Shown one piece after another: positions 28,501-37,668 of a DNA stretch of 64,000 nt. Below the pieces are notes generated by a model that saw only the letters and a list, made by a program, of their open reading frames with translations, was not told the DNA's origin and made no database searches. Numbering within the stretch: the first letter of the stretch is position 1; every line of letters begins with the position of its first letter. The DNA is from an uncultured Actinomycetes bacterium (GTDB lineage: Bacteria; Actinomycetota; UBA4738; HRBIN12): NCBI GenBank assembly GCA_963716935.1, contig CAVQUN010000002.1, positions 1,733-65,732 on the forward strand, written 5' to 3'. Both the position numbers and the translations under genes were made by a program.

Positions 28501-30141
28501 ACCCTGACCGACACGACGGTCGCGGACTTCGAGGCCGGCGCGGGGAGCGGGACGTCCGTCGCCGAGACCGCCGACGGTGAGGTCGAGCTCGCCCCGACCG
28601 AAGGGGCCGAGTTCTTCGGCACGTCGCTGCCTCAGGGATGGTCGGGCTCGCTCTGGGACCCGAGTGGCTCGTTCGTCGTCGGCTCGGGCAATGTCGCGAT
28701 CGACGCGGCGAGCGTCGGCACGAACGCGACCTACGGCGCCGGCCGGTCGCTGGAGTTCACGGCGACGTTCAGTGGGCAGGCCAACCAGCACATCGGGTTC
28801 GGCGTGACGTTCAACGAGGCGATGTGGGCCATCTTCAGCACGTTCCAGGGAGGTGGCCTCTACGCACGGACGAACAGCAACGCCGGGGCGACCGACACCT
28901 TGATCCCCGGGAGCTGGCTGAACGCACCCCACCGCTTCCGGATCGAGTGGACGTCGGGCACCGTCTCGTTCTTCATCGACGGCGCGTCGGTCGCCACGCA
29001 CACGATCGATCCGGCAGCGGCGCCGATGCGGCCGATCGCGAGCGATCTCACCCCCGGCAGCTCGCTGTCGGTCGACTGGATGCGCATGAGCCCGTACACG
29101 TCATCCGGGACGTTCACGTCGCGCGTGTTCGACGGGACGAAGGTCCGGGACTGGGGGGAGCTGTCCTGGCACGTCGACGAGCCGGCCGGCACGGCCGTGG
29201 CGCTCTCGGTCCGGACGGGGGACACGCCGACCCCGGACGGGACCTGGACCGCGTTCATGCCGATCGCCGACTCCGGCGATCCCATCGCGGGCATGTCGAG
29301 GTACATCCAATACCGCGCCGAGCTCTCGACCACCGCTCCGGACCCGACCCCGACGCTGCGCGACGTGTCGATCACGTTCTCGGAGACCGCCCCCGTCGCG
29401 CAGTCGCAATCGGTCAACACCACCCAGGACATCCCCGTGAACATCACGCTCGTCGCGACCGACGCCGACGGCGACGCCCTCACGTACTCGATCGTGAGCC
29501 CCCCGACTCACGGCACGCTCTCCGGCAGCGGCGCCACTCGCACCTACACGCCGGCCGGTGGGTTCACGGGGTCCGACCAGTTCACGTTCAAGGCCAACGA
29601 CGGCACCGTCGACTCCAACGTCGCCACCGTCTCGATCACCGTGTCGCCCTCGGGCAACGGACCCACGATCACGGACTTCACGCCGACGTCGGGGCCGCCG
29701 GGGACGCGGGTCACGATCTCCGGGACGAGGTTCGTCAACGTCACGTCGGTCACGTTCGACGGTGTGGCCGCGACCTTCCGGGCGTCGCGCGGCGGAACGT
29801 CGATCCGGACGAGCGTGCCCGCCGAGGCGTCCACCGGTCCGATCGTCGTGACGACCCCCGCCGGCACGGCCACCAGCAGCACCGACTTCGTCGTGCCCGC
29901 GCCACCGACGATCACGAGCTTCACGCCGACGAGCGGGCCGATCGGGACACAGGTGACCATCCACGGCAGCAGGTTCACGGGAGTGATCTCCGTCTTGTTC
30001 CGTCGCACGTCGGCGAGCTTCACCTTCGTCGACGACTCCACGATCGTCGCGTTCGTCCCCGCGGGAGCGAGGACGGGGCCCATCATCGTCACCACCCCCG
30101 GCGGCACGGCGAGGAGCGGCACCAGCTTCCGGGTCACCTGA
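25501..30141 (+). CDS. Giant secreted multidomain surface protein (DUF4082-like N-terminal domain, Ig-like, large central module, FN3, ConA/LamG-like, cadherin-like, two IPT/TIG)
   Basis: 1546 aa single ORF with a signal peptide. FN3 block ITWTTDEPSSSRVDYGTS...YYFRVRS. Cadherin-like TDADGDALTYSIV. Two C-terminal repeats PTITDFTPTSGPPGTRVTISGTRF / PTITSFTPTSGPIGTQVTIHGSRF (IPT/TIG). Confidence 0.85.
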   Translation: MRGSRTRLLGRSTVLAVTAALAAIIAVPALPAAADQPCPCSIWDPATTTPGIIDNGVDFGPNELGVKFRTDADGFVTGVRFYKAPANGGTHTGSLWSASGQELATATFTNETTSGWQEVTFGAPVAISANTTYVASYFAPQGHYSYDAAYFASSGVDNPPVHALQDGVDGGDGVYNPGAHAFPGQTFNSANYWVDVVFATEAPLDTTPPTVTSTAPLAGATGIPVGSNVRATFSEPMDATSIDGTTFVLRDPTNAPVPASVTYDDPTRTATLDPSAPLDPLTTYTATVTGGGSGVQDVAGNALENDASWSFTTAGPPPDEGPGGPILVIAQASNPFGRYYAEILRTEGFNEFTVTDLSTVTAGVLAGYDVVVLGETSLTGPQVSVLSDWVNAGGNLIAMRPDGGLAGLLGIAGPGSTLSNAYLRVETSSGPGVGITDQTIQFHGPADLYALNGATSVATLYSDPTTATPNPAVTLASVGSNGGQAAAFAYDLARSVVYTRQGNPAWSGQERDGVSPIRSDDLFFGNASADPQPDWVNLEKVAIPQADEQQRLLANLITRMDLDRKPLPRFWYFPRGEDAVVVMTGDDHGSGGTAGRFDQQIAQSPNGCSVQAWDCIRSTSYVYTGLPLTDAQAASYVSQGFEVALHVDTGCADWTPTSLEQTYASQLAGWAAKFTSLPPPATNRTHCIVWSDYSTQPQVELDHGIRLDTNYYYWPPSWIQDRPGFFTGSGMPMRFADADGNLIDVYQAVTQMTDESGQSYPFTIDTLLDRATGPLGYYGAFTANMHTDSASSSGADAIVSSALANGVPVVSARQMLEWLDGRNASSFGSISWDGSALSFGVAAATGSGGLRGMVPTESTAGDLTGITRDGSPIGFTTRTVKGIEYAFFSATQGAYVASYAPDATGPVITDRSAVPESTTALITWTTDEPSSSRVDYGTSQDPLTNSESASALVTAHSIQLTGLQPSTTYYFRVRSTDGSTNESTSPPTSDPPDSFITTAATLTDTTVADFEAGAGSGTSVAETADGEVELAPTEGAEFFGTSLPQGWSGSLWDPSGSFVVGSGNVAIDAASVGTNATYGAGRSLEFTATFSGQANQHIGFGVTFNEAMWAIFSTFQGGGLYARTNSNAGATDTLIPGSWLNAPHRFRIEWTSGTVSFFIDGASVATHTIDPAAAPMRPIASDLTPGSSLSVDWMRMSPYTSSGTFTSRVFDGTKVRDWGELSWHVDEPAGTAVALSVRTGDTPTPDGTWTAFMPIADSGDPIAGMSRYIQYRAELSTTAPDPTPTLRDVSITFSETAPVAQSQSVNTTQDIPVNITLVATDADGDALTYSIVSPPTHGTLSGSGATRTYTPAGGFTGSDQFTFKANDGTVDSNVATVSITVSPSGNGPTITDFTPTSGPPGTRVTISGTRFVNVTSVTFDGVAATFRASRGGTSIRTSVPAEASTGPIVVTTPAGTATSSTDFVVPAPPTITSFTPTSGPIGTQVTIHGSRFTGVISVLFRRTSASFTFVDDSTIVAFVPAGARTGPIIVTTPGGTARSGTSFRVT

Positions 30142-30350
30142 GGCCCATCGTCGAAGGAGCGTGTCGGGTGGGGGGAGGTCCGGCACGCTTCCTCGCGAAC
30201 GGCGTCGGCCGACACCGTGTACGTGGGCCTGTACGACGAGACTGGCCGATCGGTGGCAGCCGCGATCTCTGCCTTGGCCCAATCGTGTCCAACGGTGAGC
30301 CGTCTGACTCAGAGGCAGGTCGCCAGCCTTCCTGACCTACTTGTTTGCTT

Positions 30351-30392
30351 GTGGTCCCAACGGGGTTCGAACCCGTGTCTCCACCTTGAGAG
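30351..30392 (-). repeat. tRNA-Glu 3'-end fragment (about 42 nt; variant GTGGTCCC). The upstream CCTGACCT flank is also shared with the intact copy.
   Basis: GTGGTCCCAACGGGGTTCGAACCCGTGTCTCCACCTTGAGAG. Confidence 0.8.
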
Positions 30393-30473
30393 TGTTCTCG
30401 GGGTCGCTCCGACCCTGCAGGTCGGTCCACAGACTACGACCGACCGTTGACGCCGTGACCCGCACATCGTACA

Positions 30474-30818
30474 GTGAACCGAATGGTTAAGTCTGCCACC
30501 CTGGATCGGGCGTTCTCCGCCCTATCGGACCCAACGCGGCGCGCGATGCTCGAACGTCTGGCTCGGGGGCCCGCCACTGTCAGCGAGCTCGCGGCGCCCG
30601 CTGGGATCTCCCTCCCCGGCACCCTCAAGCACGTCCGGATCCTCGAGGAGGCGAAGCTCGTGACCTCGAAGAAGAAGGGACGAACCCGAGAGTGCCGGCT
30701 CGGCCCCGACCAGCTGGACGACGTGACGCGATGGATCGAGTGGTACCGCGCGACCTGGGACCGGCGCCTGGACCGTCTCGAGGCGTACATCGAGAAGCGC
30801 AAGGGGGGTTCGAGATGA
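30474..30818 (+). CDS. ArsR/SmtB family transcriptional regulator
   Basis: LSDPTRRAMLERLARGPATVSELA...GTLKHVRILEEAKLV winged HTH. Confidence 0.85.
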   Translation: MNRMVKSATLDRAFSALSDPTRRAMLERLARGPATVSELAAPAGISLPGTLKHVRILEEAKLVTSKKKGRTRECRLGPDQLDDVTRWIEWYRATWDRRLDRLEAYIEKRKGGSR

Positions 30819-31276
30819 CGTACGACATGAAGATCGAGCGGCTGTTCGACGCACCGCCCGAGCTCGTGTTCGACACGATGGTCGACCCGGAGGCCCAACC
30901 CGAGATCTTCGCCGACGAGGTGCCGGGTTGGAACCTGTGGGAGTGGGGGATCGACCTCCGCGTGGGAGGCGAGTGGACGTTCGTCTACGGACTCGCGGAT
31001 CGATCTGGTGAGCCGGATCGGAACACGAGCGTGTTCACCGAGATTGATCGACCGCGCCGACTCGCCTACCGGTCGTCGATGTTCGTGAGCGAGTGGGGGC
31101 GCGCGGTCGACTACACGGAGACCGTCACGTTCGAGGAGCGCGACGGGAAGACGCTCGTCACGATCGAGCTCACGGGCCTCGAGCTGGAGAAGGACCGGGA
31201 CGCGTTCATGAGCGGGCTTCCCGGGTACCTGGATGCGGTCGAGCGCGTCGTGGCGAACAGGATGGCCGAGCGCTGA
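30815..31276 (+). CDS. SRPBCC/AHSA1 family protein (ArsR-associated)
   Basis: ATGA overlap with arsR. The ArsR-AHSA1 pair is a very common operon. Confidence 0.75.
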   Translation: MTYDMKIERLFDAPPELVFDTMVDPEAQPEIFADEVPGWNLWEWGIDLRVGGEWTFVYGLADRSGEPDRNTSVFTEIDRPRRLAYRSSMFVSEWGRAVDYTETVTFEERDGKTLVTIELTGLELEKDRDAFMSGLPGYLDAVERVVANRMAER

Positions 31277-31508
31277 CGCCAGGAGTCGGTGTACGGCGGG
31301 CGCCGGTGGACCCATGAGTTCGCGACCCGTCGTCCGTCCCATCCAGCAGATCTGATCACGGAGGTCGGAGATGTTTCCCGAAACCGAGAACGTGGATTTC
31401 GCACCACCTCGAGCCGGTCGCCGCGAGTGGCCGCGCGTCAGCCAGTAACCGGCAAAAGGAGGTCATCATGACTCACATATCAACCACCACCGCGGCGGTC
31501 GGTACACA

Positions 31509-32132
31509 ATGAACGCACCCGCCTCAATCACCATCACGCCAGTCCGCGTTGCCGACCTGCTCGCCGAGGGCGAGCGGATGCCGGTCTACGTGCACGTCAT
31601 CGACCATCCTGATGCGCGCGTGCTGGTCGACACCGGCATGACGGAGCTGCACCCGGCGGTGGCCGACCTCGATCCCCGCCTCCGGCCACTGAGCAAGCAG
31701 GACTTCGATCTCGCCGGCATCGACATCGTCGTCAACACACACCTGCACTTCGACCACTGCGGCGGCAACCACCTCTTCGCCGGCAAGCCGATCTACGTCC
31801 AGCGTGGGGAGCTCGACGACGCGCGCAGCGAGGACGACTACACCATTCGCGAGTGGGTCGAGGCGCCCGGTGTGCGGTACGTGCCGGTCGACGGCGAGCT
31901 CGAGCTGCTTCCCGGGCTCCGACTCGTCCCGGCGCCGGGCCACACACGCGGCACGCAGGTGGTCGTCGTCGAGACTGGCGGGCGTCGGGTCGTCGTCGGC
32001 GGCGACGTGGCGGTTTGGTTCGGCGAGCTCGACGAGCCGCACACCGAAGGCCAGCTGCGGGTGCGTGCGCTCGACCCCGAGCTGGTCTGGCTCGCGCACG
32101 AGCACGAGCCATGGCGACCCCGCACCGTCTGA
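31509..32132 (+). CDS. MBL-fold metallo-hydrolase
   Basis: HLHFDHCGG (HxHxDH zinc motif), plus downstream His and Asp ligands. Confidence 0.85.
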   Translation: MNAPASITITPVRVADLLAEGERMPVYVHVIDHPDARVLVDTGMTELHPAVADLDPRLRPLSKQDFDLAGIDIVVNTHLHFDHCGGNHLFAGKPIYVQRGELDDARSEDDYTIREWVEAPGVRYVPVDGELELLPGLRLVPAPGHTRGTQVVVVETGGRRVVVGGDVAVWFGELDEPHTEGQLRVRALDPELVWLAHEHEPWRPRTV

Positions 32133-32271
32133 GGCATCCCGCCGGCGCTCTCTGAGTCGTCGAGTGCCATGGAACGAAGAGTCTTGTCGAAGAAGGGAGT
32201 GATGGGCTTCGAGGCAGTCCGGTGGCGACAGTCGGTCGTACTGTCGAACCCCTTACCGAGGAGGACTTCTG

Positions 32272-32835
32272 ATGCGCAGCGTGACCTATTCAATGAACGT
32301 CTCACTTGACGGCTACATCGTCGGGCCGGACGGCGGCTTCGACTGGCCGGGGTTCGACGAGGAGGTCTTTCGCTTCTGGATCGACGAGATACGAGGGGTC
32401 GGCGTGCACCTGTTGGGACGACGGCTGTATGAGACGATGCTGTACTGGGAGACCGCCGACCAGGATCCGTCGCTCGACGACTCAAGCCGCGAGTGGGCCG
32501 CGCTCTGGAAGCCGCTCCCGAAGGTGGTGTTCTCCACCACGCTGTCGGCGGTGCAGGGCCATGCCCGCCTGGCCTCCGGTGGCCTGGCGGAGGAGATCGA
32601 GCGGTTGCGGGCCGAGCCGGGAGAGGGCGATATCGCGATCGGCGGCGCGACGCTCGCCGCCGAGGCGGCCGCGTTGGGTCTGATCGACGAGTACCGGGCC
32701 GTGGTCTACCCGGTGCTGGTTGGCGGTGGCATCCCGTTCTTTCCTCGGCGCGAGCGGCGGGTGGATCTCGAACTCGTCGAGACGCGCACCTTCAGCTCGA
32801 GAGTCGTCTACCTCCGCTACCGCGTGGCGCGCTAG
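32272..32835 (+). CDS. Dihydrofolate reductase family protein (RibD C-terminal domain-like)
   Basis: MRSVTYSMNVSLDGYIVGPDGGFDW... typical YwjB/RibD_C. Confidence 0.8.
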   Translation: MRSVTYSMNVSLDGYIVGPDGGFDWPGFDEEVFRFWIDEIRGVGVHLLGRRLYETMLYWETADQDPSLDDSSREWAALWKPLPKVVFSTTLSAVQGHARLASGGLAEEIERLRAEPGEGDIAIGGATLAAEAAALGLIDEYRAVVYPVLVGGGIPFFPRRERRVDLELVETRTFSSRVVYLRYRVAR

Positions 32836-33016
32836 CCCTGAGCGCCCGGTCCTGGTGCGGCCCAGGCGGACGGTCGTCGTGCGGACGGTCTTCGTTCGAG
32901 TGCCCGTTTCCCCCGGCTCCGAGCTGACGGGGCTGAAGGGGGGAACAAACGGGGGGAACGAGGGCCATCTAGCGCTGCCCCCACCCCCATCGTCGGGGTT
33001 TCGGCAGGTCGAAAGG

Positions 33017-33065
33017 GGTAGTCCCAACGGGGTTCGAACCGGTGTCTCCACCTTGAGAGGGTGGT
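33017..33065 (-). repeat. tRNA-Glu 3'-end fragment (about 49 nt, one mismatch)
   Basis: GGTAGTCCCAACGGGGTTCGAACCGGTGTCTCCACCTTGAGAGGGTGGT. Confidence 0.8.
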
Positions 33066-33759
33066 ACGGGCACGCACGAGATGCAACTGGTTGCACGAAA
33101 CGCCTGCTCAGGGGTCACGTCGGTATCAGTCCGTATCGGTCCGTGCCATTCCTCTTGCGGCACGTCTGCGGCACGCTCGGCCCAATGAGCTCGGCGAGCA
33201 CGAGCAGTTAGCGGTGAGGAAGCCCGGAGCTCCCCCGGACTCCCCACCGTGTCGCCGCGGCGATAGGGGAGGGGATGGAACCCACCGTGGGGGACCGCGG
33301 CGCCGTCGCACAACACCCCACGTTCGCCGGACCGACCGGCGCCCACGGGCCGAGCATGACATCCCCGTGGTGGGTTCGGCTCGAGTCCTAGCCGATGGGT
33401 CGGCTACGCCCAAGCGACCATCGGTTCGCGGGGAGGTGGCTCGGGTGCCCGCCGCACGGGCTCATCGCATCCTCGCCGTGTGCGTCTCGGTAGCGAATGC
33501 GTGTCGGCTCCGGATCTCCCTTTCCTCGTCCCTGCCACTCCTCCACTGTGATCTCTTCCCTCGCCCTCCCCACACCACCCGACTCCAGAACCGGCTCTTC
33601 GAGGGGAGCGTCTCCTCAGGACGTGTCAACCACCACAGCATCTGCGGGGCTGCGAGGAGGATCGGACGCTCCGGGCGGTGCTGGTCGGGATGCTGCGGGA
33701 GATCGAACGCGAAGCGCCGGGAGAAGCCTGGCGTTGAAGCGACTAATCGTGATGGCGAC

Positions 33760-34245
33760 TTACGGTCGAGGCGCTGGAGGCGGTGGGGGCGGCGGTAGAG
33801 CTCCAGAGGGCGGAGCCGAAACCGGTTCAACCTCAGGAGGAGGTCCGTACTGATTCCAGCCTTGGTCTCCCTGGATTGCCAAGAACACGAGCAACACGAT
33901 CCATCCGAATGGCACTAGGCCTAGCAACCACCACCACCCGGACTTGCCGGCGTCGTGTAGCCGACGGACACCGGCTGCCAAGTAGGGGATGATGAACGCA
34001 AGGACGGCTACACCTGCTAGGAAGACGAAGAAGATTGCAACCCCGCTCACGGACCCGTCGAACCCCGGCTGAGCGAGAGAGAACTTTGAGTCGAGCGCTA
34101 TTAGCGGCACTACGGGCATCAGGATCACGATGTAGTAGGCAAGGACGAACCACCAGAACTCTGGTCGTGAGGCTCGACCCCGAAACTCCGCGTACTTCCT
34201 GAAGCAGGTGGCAATCGCTTCAGTGAACGACAAACCCGTCACCAC
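33760..34245 (-). CDS. DUF805 family inner-membrane protein
   Basis: CFRKYAEFRGRASRPEFWWFVL...RRLHDAGKSGWWWL; Pro-rich C-terminal tail. Confidence 0.75.
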   Translation of the reverse strand: MVTGLSFTEAIATCFRKYAEFRGRASRPEFWWFVLAYYIVILMPVVPLIALDSKFSLAQPGFDGSVSGVAIFFVFLAGVAVLAFIIPYLAAGVRRLHDAGKSGWWWLLGLVPFGWIVLLVFLAIQGDQGWNQYGPPPEVEPVSAPPSGALPPPPPPPAPRP

Positions 34246-34604
34246 CTTCCTATGCGGATGCTAGTACGCGCGACCTTGCCGCCGCTCCCAGTCACTGGAC
34301 GCAATGGGATCCCGCGCCGCACGACGAGCCGAGCGCCTGATCGACTGGGAGAAGCACCGGACCCTAGAGTGGCACTCGTTAGGAGCTGCGTGCGGACAGG
34401 CTATAGCCGATGACCTGGCGCGCCTTGACGCCTCAGTGACGCAGACCCACCTTCGTGAGCGTGAGGAAGGTCATCGCGTCCCTGGTCCTGGGTTACGTGG
34501 TGCTCGCCGTGTACTACCGCGCCAGGGAGGCCGCCGGCAGCCGGATCGGAGTGCCATCTCCCGCTCGAGCCGAGTCAGTCGCCGTACGCGGGCCGTTCCC
34601 GCGA

Positions 34605-36743
34605 TCAGGTTGATACCTGAGCTCGGGACGGGATCGACCCCGTGACCTTGGTGCCCGTGCCGGGTGACGACTCGACCGTTAGCGTTCCGCCAAGTGCCTC
34701 GAGTCGATCCCTCATCCCCTGGAGCCCGGTACCGAGCGGCGTCCGCGCCGGGTCGAACCCCGACCCGTCGTCGGTTACCTCGAACCTAACCGCTCCGTCT
34801 CGGTCGTCGATCCGCACGCGAGCGCTCGCAGCGTTCGCATACTTCGCAACGTTCTGTAGGGCTTCGAGGCAGCAGAAGTAGACGGCCGCCTCGACCTCCT
34901 GCGGGTAGCGGCCGGTCCCCGCTCCCGTTACGTCAACCGGGAGCGCCGCCTTTCGCCCCTGCGCATCTAGGGCGACGACGAGCCCCTGGTCTGCGAGCAG
35001 CGGCGGGTAGATCCCGCGGGCCAAGTCTCGAAGGCTCTCGAGCGCGTCTGTGGCCTGCTCCTGCAGCCCGCCAAGGGTTTCGGCGATCGCAGGTGCGTCG
35101 TGTTCGGCCAGCCGGCGCGCGAGGTTCAGCCGTATGCCGAGCGCCACTAGCTGCTGCTGTGCGCCGTCGTGCAGGTTGCGCTCGAGCTGCTTGGCCCGTT
35201 CGTCCTGCGCCGTGACGATCCGTCGGCGCGAGGCACGCAGCTCCTCGATCAGCCGGACGTTCCGGAGCACGAGTCCCGCCTGCGCCGCGAGGTCGCGGAC
35301 GAGCCGCTCCTTCGACGGGTTCATCGGGTCGTTCGGCGGCATGGTCACCGAGAGGGCACCGAGGAGCTCGCCGAGGTGGCGAACCTCGATCCCGTCCTCC
35401 CCTTCGCCGAACCCGCCCGGACGTCCGCCCTCGACCGCGACGGGAGGCACCGAGCCGTTTTCCGGCCACGACACGGCCGGACGAAGTTCCTCGCCGAACC
35501 GCAGCCACACGCGCGCCGAACTCGCGCCGGTCCCGTTCGCGAGGATCTGCGCCATCCTCGGCAGGACGTCCTCGGCCGCGAATGCGGTCGCGACCTTATC
35601 CGAGAACTCCGACAGGACCTCGTACGGCGTCGCGCGCTTGCCGTACACGATGCGGTTCGCAAGGTGCCGGACGCGTTCGCGCACGGGTTGGAACGCGACC
35701 GCGATGGCGACCGCGGTCACGATCGTCAGGAAGGAGTTCCCACGGTCACCGACGAGCGTGCCCACGCCGATCACGAGCGCGACGTAGACGAGGGTAAACA
35801 GGGCCGCGAGGATCCCGTACACGAGCGCCTTGCTCACGACGAGGTCGAGGTCGTACAGCCGATACTTGAACAACGCGAGGGCGATCGACGCGGGGACGCC
35901 GAAGAGGATGATGAGGATTAACGCGGTGAACGCCACGACCCCGACGATCGTCTGGTCGCAGCCGCAGGCGATCAGGCTCGCCAGCGAGCTCAGGACGCAG
36001 GCGCCCCCGGCCGCCGCGACGAGCCCCAGCCACTTGATCTGCTGGCGAAGCTCCGCGTCCCCGTGGCGGAAGCGCTGGATCAAGCCCGCGAAACAGCCCA
36101 CGACTGCCTCCACGGTCACCCACGCGGCGATCACGAGCGCCGGCCCGACGACGCCAAGCAGACTGGCCACCCCGAACGGGTTCGGAAAGGAGCCCGCAGT
36201 ACCCGACGGAGCGACCGGCATGGGTTTGAGGAGGAACAGGACGTAGCTGGCGACCGCGCCGCCGATCCCCATCCACAGCACGGGACGCCACCGGGGGGAC
36301 GGCGGACGGCCGTCCGGGAAGAGCAACAGGACGAGCGAGATCCCGACGAGCGCGAAGATCCAGAACTGCGAGAGGGCGGTCAACACCTCTTCGACGGCTG
36401 GGAGCGACCCGGGGAATGTCACGAGCCCGACCGCGCCGTACGCGTTGCCGAGCGTCACCACCCCGGTGCTGATGCCGACGGCCGCCAGGAACCAGCCGAT
36501 CACGTTCCGCGCCCGGACTGCGATGAGTAGCCCGATGGCGACGTAGAGCACGGTCCCGATCACCGAGATCACGTCGAAGAACAGGTCACCTTGGGCGTTG
36601 GTGAGTGCCTCGTGGCCGAACGCGAGCAGGACGACGTTCGCCAAGGTGAGGGCCGCCGCGGACAGCCCTACCGCGATGGCCGCCCACCTCGTCGTCCGAT
36701 CGGTCACCTGACCACCGGGCCGATTGTGACGCCGGGACTCCAT
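34605..36743 (-). CDS. Multi-TM sensor histidine kinase (HisKA_3 + HATPase_c; NarX/LiaS class), orphan
   Basis: About 9 N-terminal TM helices. ERNLHDGAQQQLVAL H-box. N-box LQNVAKYANAS and G-box DDGSGFD. Confidence 0.85.
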   Translation of the reverse strand: MESRRHNRPGGQVTDRTTRWAAIAVGLSAAALTLANVVLLAFGHEALTNAQGDLFFDVISVIGTVLYVAIGLLIAVRARNVIGWFLAAVGISTGVVTLGNAYGAVGLVTFPGSLPAVEEVLTALSQFWIFALVGISLVLLLFPDGRPPSPRWRPVLWMGIGGAVASYVLFLLKPMPVAPSGTAGSFPNPFGVASLLGVVGPALVIAAWVTVEAVVGCFAGLIQRFRHGDAELRQQIKWLGLVAAAGGACVLSSLASLIACGCDQTIVGVVAFTALILIILFGVPASIALALFKYRLYDLDLVVSKALVYGILAALFTLVYVALVIGVGTLVGDRGNSFLTIVTAVAIAVAFQPVRERVRHLANRIVYGKRATPYEVLSEFSDKVATAFAAEDVLPRMAQILANGTGASSARVWLRFGEELRPAVSWPENGSVPPVAVEGGRPGGFGEGEDGIEVRHLGELLGALSVTMPPNDPMNPSKERLVRDLAAQAGLVLRNVRLIEELRASRRRIVTAQDERAKQLERNLHDGAQQQLVALGIRLNLARRLAEHDAPAIAETLGGLQEQATDALESLRDLARGIYPPLLADQGLVVALDAQGRKAALPVDVTGAGTGRYPQEVEAAVYFCCLEALQNVAKYANAASARVRIDDRDGAVRFEVTDDGSGFDPARTPLGTGLQGMRDRLEALGGTLTVESSPGTGTKVTGSIPSRAQVST

Positions 36744-36894
36744 GAGCGAAAGGGCGCCTGCCCCCTCGGGAGACGTGGCGCTCCCATCCCGGGGACCTCT
36801 CGAGCCTGACGGACGAGGTGGGACACGAAGACTCTTTCGGGGGGCCCGGCGCTAACTGGTGGGTACAAGGGTGCCTGGACCCTCCGCACGCGAG

Positions 36895-37296
36895 CTACTC
36901 ACCGCGGAGGCGGGTCGCGAGCGACTCGAGCATTGCCCAGGCGACGCTTGGTTCAGAGAGGATCAGCTCTCGAAGCGACTCCTGATGTAGCACGAGGCAT
37001 CGCATTGAGGTCTCGGCGATTACCGACGCAGCGCGAGGTCGACCGTCGATCATGGAAATCTCGCCGAAGAACTCACCAGGCCTTCTGTGGGAGATCGTCC
37101 GTCCGCCGCGGACGACCTTGGCGGAGCCCTCGAGAACCACGAACAACGTCGCCGAGCGCCCTCCCTCGCGCACGATCGTCGTATCGGGATCGTACTGGTG
37201 CTCCAAGACGCCTTTCCGGACATTGCGAAGCTGACGTGTGGACAGCTTCGAAAAGAGTGGGATCGTTGACAACGCATCCAACTCGGACGGCGGCAT
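36895..37296 (-). CDS. Cyclic nucleotide-binding (CAP-effector-type) domain protein, no DNA-binding domain
   Basis: IPLFSKLSTRQL...GEFFGEISMIDGRPRAASV cNMP-binding fold. 133 aa only. Confidence 0.8.
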   Translation of the reverse strand: MPPSELDALSTIPLFSKLSTRQLRNVRKGVLEHQYDPDTTIVREGGRSATLFVVLEGSAKVVRGGRTISHRRPGEFFGEISMIDGRPRAASVIAETSMRCLVLHQESLRELILSEPSVAWAMLESLATRLRGE

Positions 37297-37668
37297 GAGG
37301 CCGGTCTATCGAGGCACAGACCGCCAGTCAAGACGTCTGCGCCGAATTTGGTGGGGCTTGGGGATTCCTCTCCCTGTCATGATTCGGCACGGCCTTGGCT
37401 CATCGCCCGCTGGGCGGGAGGGTCATGCACGTCGGGAGCCAGAGGCTTGAGGTGTTGTTGACCTTAGGATCTGGGAGAACGGTAGTCACGAGCGGCGAGC
37501 CGGACCCGCTGCTGAGCCTCGGCGGCCCAAGAACTTGGTCCAGGAAATTGAAGCGGGGGATGTCGTCGCCTCGGCCGACTCCTCAGGGCTGACCGCTCCC
37601 AACTCCGCGTCGCCATCGAGGAAGGTGGATGCCTCGATGAGGGAAGTGTCCTGACCACCGGGGCGCGG

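Noticed and set aside
25611-30335. Alternative-frame ORFs inside the giant surface-protein gene (25611-27089 +, 27450-28580 +, 28638-30335 +, 29101-30282 -)
   Set aside because: They are low-complexity Arg/Gly-rich translations. The frame-1 ORF is continuous for 1546 codons with recognisable FN3, cadherin and IPT domains.
34304-34645. ORF 34304-34645 + between the DUF805 gene and the kinase gene
   Set aside because: Composition is Arg-rich and it overlaps the kinase 3' end. A GTG-initiated TM peptide of about 53 aa in another frame (about 34440-34600) is possible but unsupported.
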